A stretch of 64,000 nt of DNA, from NCBI GenBank assembly GCA_947631435.1, contig CANRLM010000002.1, positions 6,522 to 70,521 on the forward strand, read 5' to 3'. This DNA comes from an uncultured Akkermansia sp. Its GTDB lineage: Bacteria; Verrucomicrobiota; Verrucomicrobiia; Verrucomicrobiales; Akkermansiaceae. This document shows, in pieces, positions 1 to 8,162 of the stretch. Within the stretch, counting starts at the first letter, position 1, and the number at the start of each line of letters is the position of its first letter. The position numbers and the translations under genes were made by a program. The notes under the pieces were generated by a model, which had not been told where the DNA came from, did no database searches, and worked only from the letters and a program-made list of their open reading frames with translations.

Positions 1-11
1 ATGAACGTCTG

Positions 12-515
12 GTGGATGACACAGTGACTCTTATTGAGCAATATCAGGATCAGATGCAACGGGACACCGTGCAGAATATGATTGATGCCGCACGCGAAGG
101 AGATCCGGAAGCCGAGTGGAAAATCGGTAATTTGATGGTATTGATCTGGACTTACAAGGAAGCGAATGAAGAAGTCCGTGAACTCGCGAACAAGTGGCTG
201 AGAAAGGCGGCCAAAGATGGTAGTGCATACGCCATGCTGGATTTAGCAAAGAATGTAAATGGGCTCATCGAACTTACAGAACAACAGCGCATGATTTACG
301 CGAAGGAGGGGATTCATGTCATTCAAAACAAGACGGAAAAGAATGATTTGGACGCGACCTATTTAAGTACGTGTTATGCCGAGGGAGTAGGTGTGGAGCG
401 AAATATCGAGGAGGCATATAAATGGTTCATTACATCGCTTGATTTAAAAAATGTGCCCGAACAGGAAAGGAAGTTCCTTATCGATCAATGGAGGAAGTCA
501 TATCTTTCTGAATAA
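12..515 (+). CDS. Sel1/TPR-like repeat protein
   Basis: 167-aa ORF with Sel1-type motifs (AAREGDPEAEWKIG; YLSTCYAEGVGVERNIEEAYKWF). The true start could lie upstream of the window. Confidence 0.7.
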   Translation: MDDTVTLIEQYQDQMQRDTVQNMIDAAREGDPEAEWKIGNLMVLIWTYKEANEEVRELANKWLRKAAKDGSAYAMLDLAKNVNGLIELTEQQRMIYAKEGIHVIQNKTEKNDLDATYLSTCYAEGVGVERNIEEAYKWFITSLDLKNVPEQERKFLIDQWRKSYLSE

Positions 516-520
516 AAGTC

Positions 521-567
521 TGAATTGTAAAGACAAATGCACCGGGAGGAACAAGAGAAGCTATGAC
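521..567 (+). repeat. Post-stop dispersed repeat, copy 1 (TGAATTGTAAAGACAAATGCACCGGGAGGAACAAGAGAAGCTATGAC)
   Basis: Ungapped 37/47 identity to 2318-2364 by manual alignment; starts 5 nt after the stop at 515. Confidence 0.75.
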
Positions 568-723
568 ACCGTACGACAGACTCCTTCCTGTACAAAGGCA
601 CACAGCACGATTTCCGCTATGCCTATCTGCCGAGCGAAAACCTGCTGCAACCGCTTATCATGTTTTGTGGGAAGCACCTGCTACGCAAGTATGACCGGAA
701 GTCTAAGTGAATAGATTAGAAAT

Positions 724-1791
724 ATGCGTAAGCGATACGAGATAAGATGCAATGAGAACGTGCTGGATGAATACGCATCCGCATGGCGGGGGATTTTGTT
801 CAAGATATTCAAAAAAAAGACATTAAAATATGGGGCCTTGTGGGGGCTCTTCTTCATTGCCTCATTCTATTATTGGGGAAAAGATGGATACGCAGCTGTT
901 CTTTTCGTTATTTGGCTCGCAGGTGCGGATATGTACATGAATATTAAAATGGTCAATATCCGGAGCAAAGAAATGACAAGGCATATCACTTGGGGAATGG
1001 ACTCGATGGAGATAACGGAATGGGGTGTTCATTATTGGAGAAGAGGGACGCCCAATTTTCGAATATGCTATATCTTACCAATGTACGATCATTGTTTTGC
1101 GGTGTGCAGTTCGATTGCACTCTTATTTAGAAAGAGAAAAAAGTATAAGAGAGACGCGTTGATTATAGCTTCACCGGAAGCGGTTGATGAAGTGGAGAAA
1201 CTGTTCAAGAGCGGTTCCAAGCAGGAGACAGTAGAATCTCCAGGGCTTTCTCCTAGCTATACCTATAGAGGGGAACGTTCTCCTTGCATCGCGGAGAGGT
1301 GGCTCATTCCCTCTATGAATTTGTCCAATTTTTGGCCGTATATTCTCATCGTTTTATGGAGTATACTGTGCATGATGGGGATTGAATTCCTCGTTCCAGA
1401 CACGTACTTTGCGAGTGCTGGTCTCATTGCGGGAACATTTGGTGCCAACTATATGCTTTTTGCAGATTGGGTAAACCGGTATGATCGTACCGCTGTTACA
1501 TTAGGATACTCGCTGCGGAAGCGAGCAATTATTATACGATCGTCGGATGGCTGGTTAGCTGTTATACCGTACTCGCAGATAGAAAGAATGCACGAGGGGA
1601 GGAAATACTGCCTCCTTGAGACAAAAAACGGACACTATATACCATGCCCACCGCAAGTGATGACCGGTCAATTGAAAGAGGTTCCTCGCAAAGCCTACCA
1701 CTCGGGAAAAATGATATGGGCGATAACATTTACCCTGACGATGGTTGTTGTATTCGAAGCTATAGATGCCGTAGTGAGAATTATGATGTAG
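724..1791 (+). CDS. Membrane protein with two TM-pair plus YcxB/PH-like modules
   Basis: 355 aa; two hydrophobic helix pairs, each followed by a beta-rich segment (e.g. AIIIRSSDGWLAVIPYSQIERMHEGRKYCLLETKNG), plus a C-terminal TM. Confidence 0.6.
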   Translation: MRKRYEIRCNENVLDEYASAWRGILFKIFKKKTLKYGALWGLFFIASFYYWGKDGYAAVLFVIWLAGADMYMNIKMVNIRSKEMTRHITWGMDSMEITEWGVHYWRRGTPNFRICYILPMYDHCFAVCSSIALLFRKRKKYKRDALIIASPEAVDEVEKLFKSGSKQETVESPGLSPSYTYRGERSPCIAERWLIPSMNLSNFWPYILIVLWSILCMMGIEFLVPDTYFASAGLIAGTFGANYMLFADWVNRYDRTAVTLGYSLRKRAIIIRSSDGWLAVIPYSQIERMHEGRKYCLLETKNGHYIPCPPQVMTGQLKEVPRKAYHSGKMIWAITFTLTMVVVFEAIDAVVRIMM

Positions 1792-1809
1792 AAACAGCGA
1801 CAGAAAAAC

Positions 1810-2313
1810 ATGATGAAAGCATACGAAAAAAGAGGAACGTTGATTGTGATACTAACGCTTATTCTGCTCGGAGTAGTCCGATACTGCGATGATTCGATCG
1901 TGGTTCGTAATCAGCCGAGAAAAGAATTCGCACCAATGAAGAAAAATGAGACGAAATCTGTTGGTTTGGAGGAGTACATAGATTTGGCGCAAGAAAGAAT
2001 TGAGGCTTTGAAAGAACAGAATTCTTTAGCCGCAATGGTTTGTGATAGGGAAAGCGCGCGTGCATTCATGAAGTACCTGGAGAAGTCAAGTTGCCTCTCC
2101 TTTTCCGTTGACCTATCTTCGTTGGATATTCAACAGAAGAAAGTCGTCGAAAAATGGGAAGACGAGATGTTTCTTGTTAATGCAGCGACTTTCATCCTTA
2201 TGAGAAAAGCCTGCAAAAAGGTTGTGGATGCCGATGGATACGGGGATGATGACGTGCGTTGTTATTATACCGAAAAATGGAATGAAATTAAAAACGGGGT
2301 TCCTGTAAAATAG
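1810..2313 (+). CDS. Hypothetical exported or membrane-anchored protein
   Basis: 167 aa; N-terminal hydrophobic stretch LIVILTLILLGVV, then a polar domain; co-oriented in the array. Confidence 0.6.
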   Translation: MMKAYEKRGTLIVILTLILLGVVRYCDDSIVVRNQPRKEFAPMKKNETKSVGLEEYIDLAQERIEALKEQNSLAAMVCDRESARAFMKYLEKSSCLSFSVDLSSLDIQQKKVVEKWEDEMFLVNAATFILMRKACKKVVDADGYGDDDVRCYYTEKWNEIKNGVPVK

Positions 2314-2317
2314 AGTG

Positions 2318-2364
2318 TGAATTGCAAGGTCGAAAACACCAGGAGGAACAACAGAAACCATGAC
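2318..2364 (+). repeat. Post-stop dispersed repeat, copy 2
   Basis: TGAATTGCAAGGTCGAAAACACCAGGAGGAACAACAGAAACCATGAC; starts 4 nt after the stop at 2313. Confidence 0.75.
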
Positions 2365-2598
2365 CACGTGCCGCACAACAGACAGGATGATTTCCACTGA
2401 TCCGACGGATCTGATAGGTAGGGATGTGATGCGTTTGGAGAGTGACTCCGACACGGGGTGGGAGCTTCGCAAGATTACTCCGCCATTGGCACGGTAGAAC
2501 AGACCTTCGCGTACGATGTGCCGGGAATCCGACGTTGGTGACTGATTCAGCGGAGATCTGAAGGTTGTAAATGGGAAAAATGTAAATAAAGAATATAT

Positions 2599-3459
2599 AT
2601 GAAGCAATTACGATATCGTGACGTAGTTTGGCTCTATCTTGCCTACATCATCATCACAACGGCACTTGTAGCGAGTGATCCCCCAGTGGGGAAGCATAAC
2701 CCTTTCGAGGTTATTGCTCGTTTATTTGTATGGCCATGGGCTGCTGAGAGAATTTTTAAGTTCTCGATCCTTATGATTTTACCCATGATGTTTGGGTGTT
2801 TCATATCGCGTCATCTGAAGAAGGGTCGTAGAATTTCTTTGGCAGTCGTTTCATGTGCAGGGTTCATAACGCTCTATTTCCTGCCGGATCCTTTTTGCGG
2901 AATAGAGATATTATTTCTAAAGAGTAAAACTTTCACTTTATGTAGTTTTTTGCTCTCCTCTGCGCTGTACGAAAAAGGACTTTCATACGCAGGACGTATA
3001 AAGGAGAAGTGGTTGCAATGGGAACGCCTCGGACGCGAGGACGTTGGCTACCGTGATTTAAGATATTATTTGATCATGGGTGTTATATTTCAGATGCTCG
3101 TGATAATCCTTGTAGAAAAGGGGATTCGAGAGTCATTAGTAGATATCGATTTTCTTTCTGATCCTCTGGAAATATTCTTTGGACCTCTGACAACATTCTT
3201 GGCGTTTTGTTTCCCCTTGATCATATCCACCTTTTTTTGTTACATTATACGGCTAGGGAAAGGAACAACACGTAAGATGAATTTGACAATTTGCTCATTG
3301 TTCGGCTTTTGCCTTTTTGCTATCACCTTTATGGTATGGAATATAGGAGGATGGCGACTATGGAGGATGCCTCTTGAAGTGGGGGCGGGCTGCATGTGCT
3401 CGTTTGCACTAACGATGGCAAGGATACTCCGGCAAGAGAAACAGTGTGAACGTCGGTAA
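2599..3459 (+). CDS. Polytopic membrane protein with an apparent internal duplication
   Basis: 286 aa, about 7-8 hydrophobic segments; both halves begin with YRD and share a P-hydrophobic-K/R-GF pattern. Confidence 0.65.
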   Translation: MKQLRYRDVVWLYLAYIIITTALVASDPPVGKHNPFEVIARLFVWPWAAERIFKFSILMILPMMFGCFISRHLKKGRRISLAVVSCAGFITLYFLPDPFCGIEILFLKSKTFTLCSFLLSSALYEKGLSYAGRIKEKWLQWERLGREDVGYRDLRYYLIMGVIFQMLVIILVEKGIRESLVDIDFLSDPLEIFFGPLTTFLAFCFPLIISTFFCYIIRLGKGTTRKMNLTICSLFGFCLFAITFMVWNIGGWRLWRMPLEVGAGCMCSFALTMARILRQEKQCERR

Positions 3460-3486
3460 TATTCATGAGGAGTCGCAAAACAATGC

Positions 3487-4149
3487 TTGCTTATGGAAGA
3501 GTTGTCACAAATAAAGAAGAGGCAAAAAGGAAAGAATAAGTTTGCCTTAGCATACCCTGTTTTGGGTTTCGCGTTTTATATAGGCACAGCTTATGGGGTA
3601 TCTTGCATAACCGGGGACGACATTGGGGTGAGGCTGTATGCTTTTTTCTATTATCTTTTCTTCTTGGTGCCTTCGATCGCGGTCGTTTTTACCGCAGAAA
3701 TCAATAAGCCAAAATGGAGATTGGCAGCAACAGTTTCTGTAATGGGTCTGGCGCTCGTTTATAGTATTGTGTTTCTGGCTGGCTTCGCGGGTCCTCTCGA
3801 TTGGAATCATCTCTTTTCATTTCCATATGTATGGATCAATATCCTGAGTACTTCAATATACACCTTTCTTGCCCTTAAATATATTCATCCTCAACAAGAT
3901 GTGCCCTTAGGCAATGAGGATTTGAGCAGTCTCTCATCCAAACGGCGTCTTATCTACATACTTTTAGCTCTCTTTTTAGGTTATTTTGGCATCCACAATT
4001 TCTATGCGGGCTACATCAGGCGAGGCCTGGCGCAGTTTATCACTCTCCTTGTGTCGGTGCTGACAATGTATTTTTTTGTGTCCTGGTTATGGGCTCTCAT
4101 CGAGGCATGTACCGTCACGCGCGATGCAAATAATCGCCCTATGATATAA
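3487..4149 (+). CDS. Membrane protein with a C-terminal TM2 domain
   Basis: C-terminal KRRLIYILLALFLGYFGIHNFYAGYIRRGLAQ is the typical TM2 signature. Start is TTG 3487 or ATG 3493. Confidence 0.7.
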   Translation: MLMEELSQIKKRQKGKNKFALAYPVLGFAFYIGTAYGVSCITGDDIGVRLYAFFYYLFFLVPSIAVVFTAEINKPKWRLAATVSVMGLALVYSIVFLAGFAGPLDWNHLFSFPYVWINILSTSIYTFLALKYIHPQQDVPLGNEDLSSLSSKRRLIYILLALFLGYFGIHNFYAGYIRRGLAQFITLLVSVLTMYFFVSWLWALIEACTVTRDANNRPMI

Positions 4150-4150
4150 T

Positions 4151-4167
4151 TGAATTGCAAGGACAAA
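4151..4167 (+). repeat. Post-stop dispersed repeat, copy 3 (partial)
   Basis: TGAATTGCAAGGACAAA: 15/17 identity to copy 1, first 12 nt identical to copy 2; starts 1 nt after the stop at 4149. Confidence 0.6.
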
Positions 4168-4461
4168 GCAACAGAGGACAAAGAAAAGATCTACTTCAGC
4201 TTTGCCGGTGAGGCGAGAAATATCGATGAAGAATGGGTGTTTTTCTCCATGGCGGAAATTTCCCGCTGTCCCCTTTCTCAGATGAGAAAATCCTTGCTTA
4301 GAGCGCGGGTGAAGCGCTCTGTGCTCCAATGGTTCCACTTAACTTCCGGTTCATCTTCTGTGAGGTGGGACACGTAAGGGCTCGTTTCTACTATAATTTG
4401 GGTCTTTCGAACGATTTGCGCTTGACGCCACAGGCGGGCATACGCTATAAGGAGGCTTGGT

Positions 4462-5145
4462 ATGCGTGGGCTGACGCTGTTACTGGTGCTGTCTCTTGCC
4501 GGGTTGACATCTTGTCAAACCGAGCGGACGGTTTATGATGAATTCGGACGCGTCGTGCCGCAGGATAAGAAGAGCCCCGGGGGAGAGCGTAGTTTTGAGA
4601 GCTATCTGGAGGAAAATTATGACAGAAATGTGCAGGAGAAGAAGACGGAGAGCGGGGTGCCCCAGACTTTCTCTAACAAGGTGAGCAGCTTTCAGAGCAA
4701 GCTTGATGCCTCAAAGAGGCTCGATAAAAATTATCTTACCAAGGAGTACGGCGTATCAGGGGAAGAGAGTTCCGACAGGAAGGAGTTTGTCGGCGGCGGG
4801 AAGTCCGCGTACGCCGATCGTCGGTTTTACGGCGAGACACGAGAAAAAAGCGTTGATCGTGAGCTCCACCCAGCTTTTGCAACGGGTTCGCGCGGGGTTT
4901 ATGCGACAGAGGATACCTATGCCGGACGCAAGGACGACACTGCCATCTCCGGCAAAAAGAGCGCCATGGAGGGAGAATTCCCAACGGGGGAGACTGCGGT
5001 ATTCTCTCGCGATGCCCGAAGTGGGTATTTTGAGACGCGTTCCGACAATATGCCACAGCCGCCCATTTATACGCGAGACGAGTATTACAGCAAAACCATT
5101 CGCGACACGCGCGCACTGCTTGGACGGGATAAGGCCGAGGAATAG
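4462..5145 (+). CDS. Hypothetical lipoprotein
   Basis: Signal peptide ending in lipobox-like LAGLTSC; GGAGG at 4451-4455. Confidence 0.7.
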   Translation: MRGLTLLLVLSLAGLTSCQTERTVYDEFGRVVPQDKKSPGGERSFESYLEENYDRNVQEKKTESGVPQTFSNKVSSFQSKLDASKRLDKNYLTKEYGVSGEESSDRKEFVGGGKSAYADRRFYGETREKSVDRELHPAFATGSRGVYATEDTYAGRKDDTAISGKKSAMEGEFPTGETAVFSRDARSGYFETRSDNMPQPPIYTRDEYYSKTIRDTRALLGRDKAEE

Positions 5146-5265
5146 CATTGTGGCGGAAAGAGGGAAGTGAGCAATGCTGTGAGCAAAGAGCAGCGCTTTG
5201 AGTCGGATACGGAGCTGCCGAAAGATTGCTTTTCCTCTCCATCAGACATATCCATTTCAATGAGA

Positions 5266-5294
5266 TTGCACAGCGGAGAAAAATGTGGTAGGCT
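5266..5294 (+). promoter_or_regulatory. Sigma70-type promoter of the methyltransferase gene (leaderless candidate)
   Basis: TTGCAC-17 bp-TAGGCT with TGn extension; ATG 6 nt after the -10 box. Confidence 0.5.
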
Positions 5295-5300
5295 GAAGGC

Positions 5301-6485
5301 ATGGGAGGACTTGTCATAGCACCCAAGGCGCGGATATTTCACGGGCATGAATGGGTATATGGGACGGAGGTGCGGGCGGTGTACGGCGACCCGCGACCCG
5401 GGGAGGTGGTGGCGCTGAAAGATCAGCGTGATCGCTTTCTGGGCTCAGCAATATACAATCCGCATTCGCAGATTATAGCACGGCGTTTTTCGCGACGGAA
5501 ACAAGAGCTGGACACAGACTTTTTCCGCCGCCGGATAGGTCAGGCGGTTGAATTCCGTGAACGACGCATGCCTGGGGAGGAGCTGCAAAGGCTGGTGTGG
5601 AGTGAAAGCGATGGATTGCCGGGGCTTATTGTGGATCGCTACGGGGCGGTGTTGGTGGTGCAGACACTGACCCTGGCGATGCAGCAGCATTTGGAGGAGA
5701 TTGTGGGGGTGCTGCGAGAGCTATTGGATCCGGGGTGCATTTACGTGAGGAATGACGCGCCTGTGTTGACGGCGGAAGGGATAGAGGCATCGTGTTATGT
5801 AGCGTATGGTCAGATGCCGGAATCGTTTGTGGCAGAGGCGAGCGGCATTAAGTTCCGGGTGGATCCGTCACAGGGGCAGAAGACGGGCCTTTACCTCGAC
5901 CAGCTGGGCAATTATGCAGAGGTTGCCCGGCTGGCGAAAGAGCGCCACGTGCTGGATTGCTTCTGCAATCAGGGAGGATTCGCCCTCGCATGCGCCCGGG
6001 CAGGTGCGGAGAGCGTCGATGCGGTGGATATTTCCGAGTCGGCTGTAGAGAGTGTGAGGGCGAATGCGGAGCTCAACGGGGTGAGAGTGAACGCGGTGGC
6101 TGAGAACGCCTTTGATCTGCTGGCGAGAGAGAGTGAAGCGAAGCGGAACGGAGGAGACGCCAAGTGGGATTTCATCATCCTGGATCCTCCGAGCTTCACG
6201 CGCAACAAGAAGGGGCTGAACGGGGCTCTGCGCGGGTACAAGGAGATCCACCTGAGGGCGATGCAGCTGCTGCCGGTCGGCGGAGTTTTGTCCACTTTCT
6301 GCTGCTCGCACCATATCAGCCGCGAGCTGTACCTGCAGGTGATCGCTGAGGCGGCGGTGGATGCCCATTGCACACTGCGGCTCATCACTGAGCACGGGCA
6401 GCGCGCGGATCACCCGGTATTGCTCAATCTCCCGGAAACACGCTATTTGCGCGGCTTTTCTTTCGAACTTGTCGCAGGGCGTTAA
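5301..6485 (+). CDS. Class I SAM-dependent rRNA methyltransferase, RlmI-like (PUA plus MTase)
   Basis: 394 aa; GHEWVY PUA start, SESDGLPGLIVDRY, GQKTGLYLDQ, VLDCFCNQGGF, IILDPPSF. Confidence 0.85.
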   Translation: MGGLVIAPKARIFHGHEWVYGTEVRAVYGDPRPGEVVALKDQRDRFLGSAIYNPHSQIIARRFSRRKQELDTDFFRRRIGQAVEFRERRMPGEELQRLVWSESDGLPGLIVDRYGAVLVVQTLTLAMQQHLEEIVGVLRELLDPGCIYVRNDAPVLTAEGIEASCYVAYGQMPESFVAEASGIKFRVDPSQGQKTGLYLDQLGNYAEVARLAKERHVLDCFCNQGGFALACARAGAESVDAVDISESAVESVRANAELNGVRVNAVAENAFDLLARESEAKRNGGDAKWDFIILDPPSFTRNKKGLNGALRGYKEIHLRAMQLLPVGGVLSTFCCSHHISRELYLQVIAEAAVDAHCTLRLITEHGQRADHPVLLNLPETRYLRGFSFELVAGR

Positions 6486-6498
6486 AACTCGTTTGCGC

Positions 6499-6526
6499 TT
6501 GCAATGGGGCGCGGATGCGCTACAAT
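6499..6526 (+). promoter_or_regulatory. Sigma70-type promoter of glyQS
   Basis: TTGCAA-16 bp-TACAAT; ATG 10 nt downstream, no SD. Confidence 0.45.
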
Positions 6527-6536
6527 AAGCGGCGCT

Positions 6537-8126
6537 ATGGCAGACCGCAATCAAACAGACCCCGAGCGCATGGAAAAAATCGTGAGCCTCTGTAAGCGTC
6601 GAGGCTTGATCTTTCAGTCTGCAGAAATATACGGTGGACTGAACGGATGCTGGGATTACGGTCCACTTGGGGTGGAGCTCAAGAAGAACGTGAAGGACTA
6701 CTGGTGGCAGGTGAATGTGCGCGAGAGACCGGATATTGTGGGGATGGACGGGTCGATACTCACGCACAACTCGGTGCTGGTGGCGAGCGGTCATGTGAGT
6801 GGCTTTACCGACCCGCTATGCGACTGCCTGCTGAGCAAGGAGCGTCTGCGTGCCGACCAGATTCCCGCGCAGAGCGGGGTGGCGTACTGGTGGAGCGGGG
6901 CGCAGCTGGAGGATGGATCATGGAGCACGAAGAAAGAATTCTCCATGCTGGTGTCGAGTGACAGCGAGAAGGATGCCAGGACAGCGCGCAAGGGAGCTCA
7001 GCAGTACTACAGTCAACTGCTTGGGAAGAGTGACAAGAGCGCGGAGCTACAACTCATAGGGGAGCGAACGGAGCAGGTGACGGAAAGCACTCGCTACAAT
7101 CCTGCGAATGGTTCATTGGTGACAGCGCCCCGGTCGTTCAACCTCATGTTTCGCACGACGATCGGGGCGGCGTCTGATGAGAAGGATCCGGCGAGTACGG
7201 GGTGGCTGCGACCGGAGACGGCGCAGAGCATTTTCTGCCAGTACAAAAATATCCTGGATTCCTCTCGCATGAAGATACCCTTTGGCATTGCGCAGATCGG
7301 CAAATCATTCCGCAACGAAATCAATCCGCGCAACTTCACCTTCCGCTCCCGCGAGTTTGAGCAGATGGAGGTGGAATACTTCTGCCGCGAGGAGGACGGT
7401 CTGCGCCTCACCGATGAGTGGCTGGAAATTTGCCTGCGTTTTTACGAAAACATCGGGATTCCGCGTGAGAAGATCCATATCCTGGATGTGCCGGACGGCG
7501 AGCGCGCGTTCTACTCCAAAAAGACGTATGATCTGGAGTACGCCTTCCCCTTCGGCATGCAGGAGTTGCAGGGAATCGCTTACCGCACAAATTACGATCT
7601 TTCCCGTCACCAGGAGGGATCCGGCAAGCCGATGGAGTACTTTGATGAGGCGACGCGCGAGAGGTTCATCCCGCACGTGGTGGAGCCCTCGGCGGGCTGT
7701 GATCGCACGGTGCTTGCGGTGATCTGTGAGGCTTACGACGAGGAGGAGCTGGGAACAGACGGCAAGAGCGATGTTCGCGTGGTGATGCATTTCCATCCGC
7801 GTGTGGCGCCGATCAAGGCGGCTATTTTCCCCCTGCTCAAGAAAAACGAGGAGCAGGTGCGTATCTCTCACGAAATTGAGGAGACTCTGCGCCCGTTCAT
7901 GAATGTGTTTTACGATGAAGCCGGGGCGGTGGGACGCCGCTATCGCCGACAGGATGAGATCGGCACTCCCTTCTGCATCACCGTCGATTTTGAGACGCTG
8001 GGCGAGGGTGAAGGCCAGGATCCTGCGCTGAGGGGAACGGTCACCGTGCGCCACCGCGACTCTATGCAGCAGGAGCGTGTCGCCATCCCGGATCTCCTGC
8101 ACTGGCTGCTCAAACGAATTCGCTGA
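6537..8126 (+). CDS. glyQS: Glycine--tRNA ligase, alpha2 (eukaryote/archaea-like) type
   Basis: CKRRGLIFQSAEIYGG, WDYGPLGVELK, LRPETAQ, FRNEINPRNFTFRSREFEQMEVEYF, EPSAG, GRRYRRQDEIGTPFCITVD anticodon domain. Start placed at ATG 6537 because the upstream ATG lies within the promoter. Confidence 0.95.
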   Translation: MADRNQTDPERMEKIVSLCKRRGLIFQSAEIYGGLNGCWDYGPLGVELKKNVKDYWWQVNVRERPDIVGMDGSILTHNSVLVASGHVSGFTDPLCDCLLSKERLRADQIPAQSGVAYWWSGAQLEDGSWSTKKEFSMLVSSDSEKDARTARKGAQQYYSQLLGKSDKSAELQLIGERTEQVTESTRYNPANGSLVTAPRSFNLMFRTTIGAASDEKDPASTGWLRPETAQSIFCQYKNILDSSRMKIPFGIAQIGKSFRNEINPRNFTFRSREFEQMEVEYFCREEDGLRLTDEWLEICLRFYENIGIPREKIHILDVPDGERAFYSKKTYDLEYAFPFGMQELQGIAYRTNYDLSRHQEGSGKPMEYFDEATRERFIPHVVEPSAGCDRTVLAVICEAYDEEELGTDGKSDVRVVMHFHPRVAPIKAAIFPLLKKNEEQVRISHEIEETLRPFMNVFYDEAGAVGRRYRRQDEIGTPFCITVDFETLGEGEGQDPALRGTVTVRHRDSMQQERVAIPDLLHWLLKRIR

Positions 8127-8131
8127 AGCCT

Positions 8132-8157
8132 GCGCTTTGCGCGTGGCTGCAGAGCGC
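8132..8157. terminator. Possible bidirectional hairpin between convergent genes
   Basis: GCGCTTTGC...GCAGAGCGC stem with one G-U pair; no clear U-tract. Confidence 0.3.
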
Positions 8158-8162
8158 TGCTG

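Noticed and set aside
521-4167. Classical integron attC cassettes
   Set aside because: No RYYYAAC/GTTRRRY ends or long attC palindrome seen and no integrase in the window; kept only as an unexplained repeat.
4150-4377. 75-aa ORF starting at repeat copy 3
   Set aside because: TTG start 1 nt after a stop, no SD, no recognisable motif; not called as a gene.
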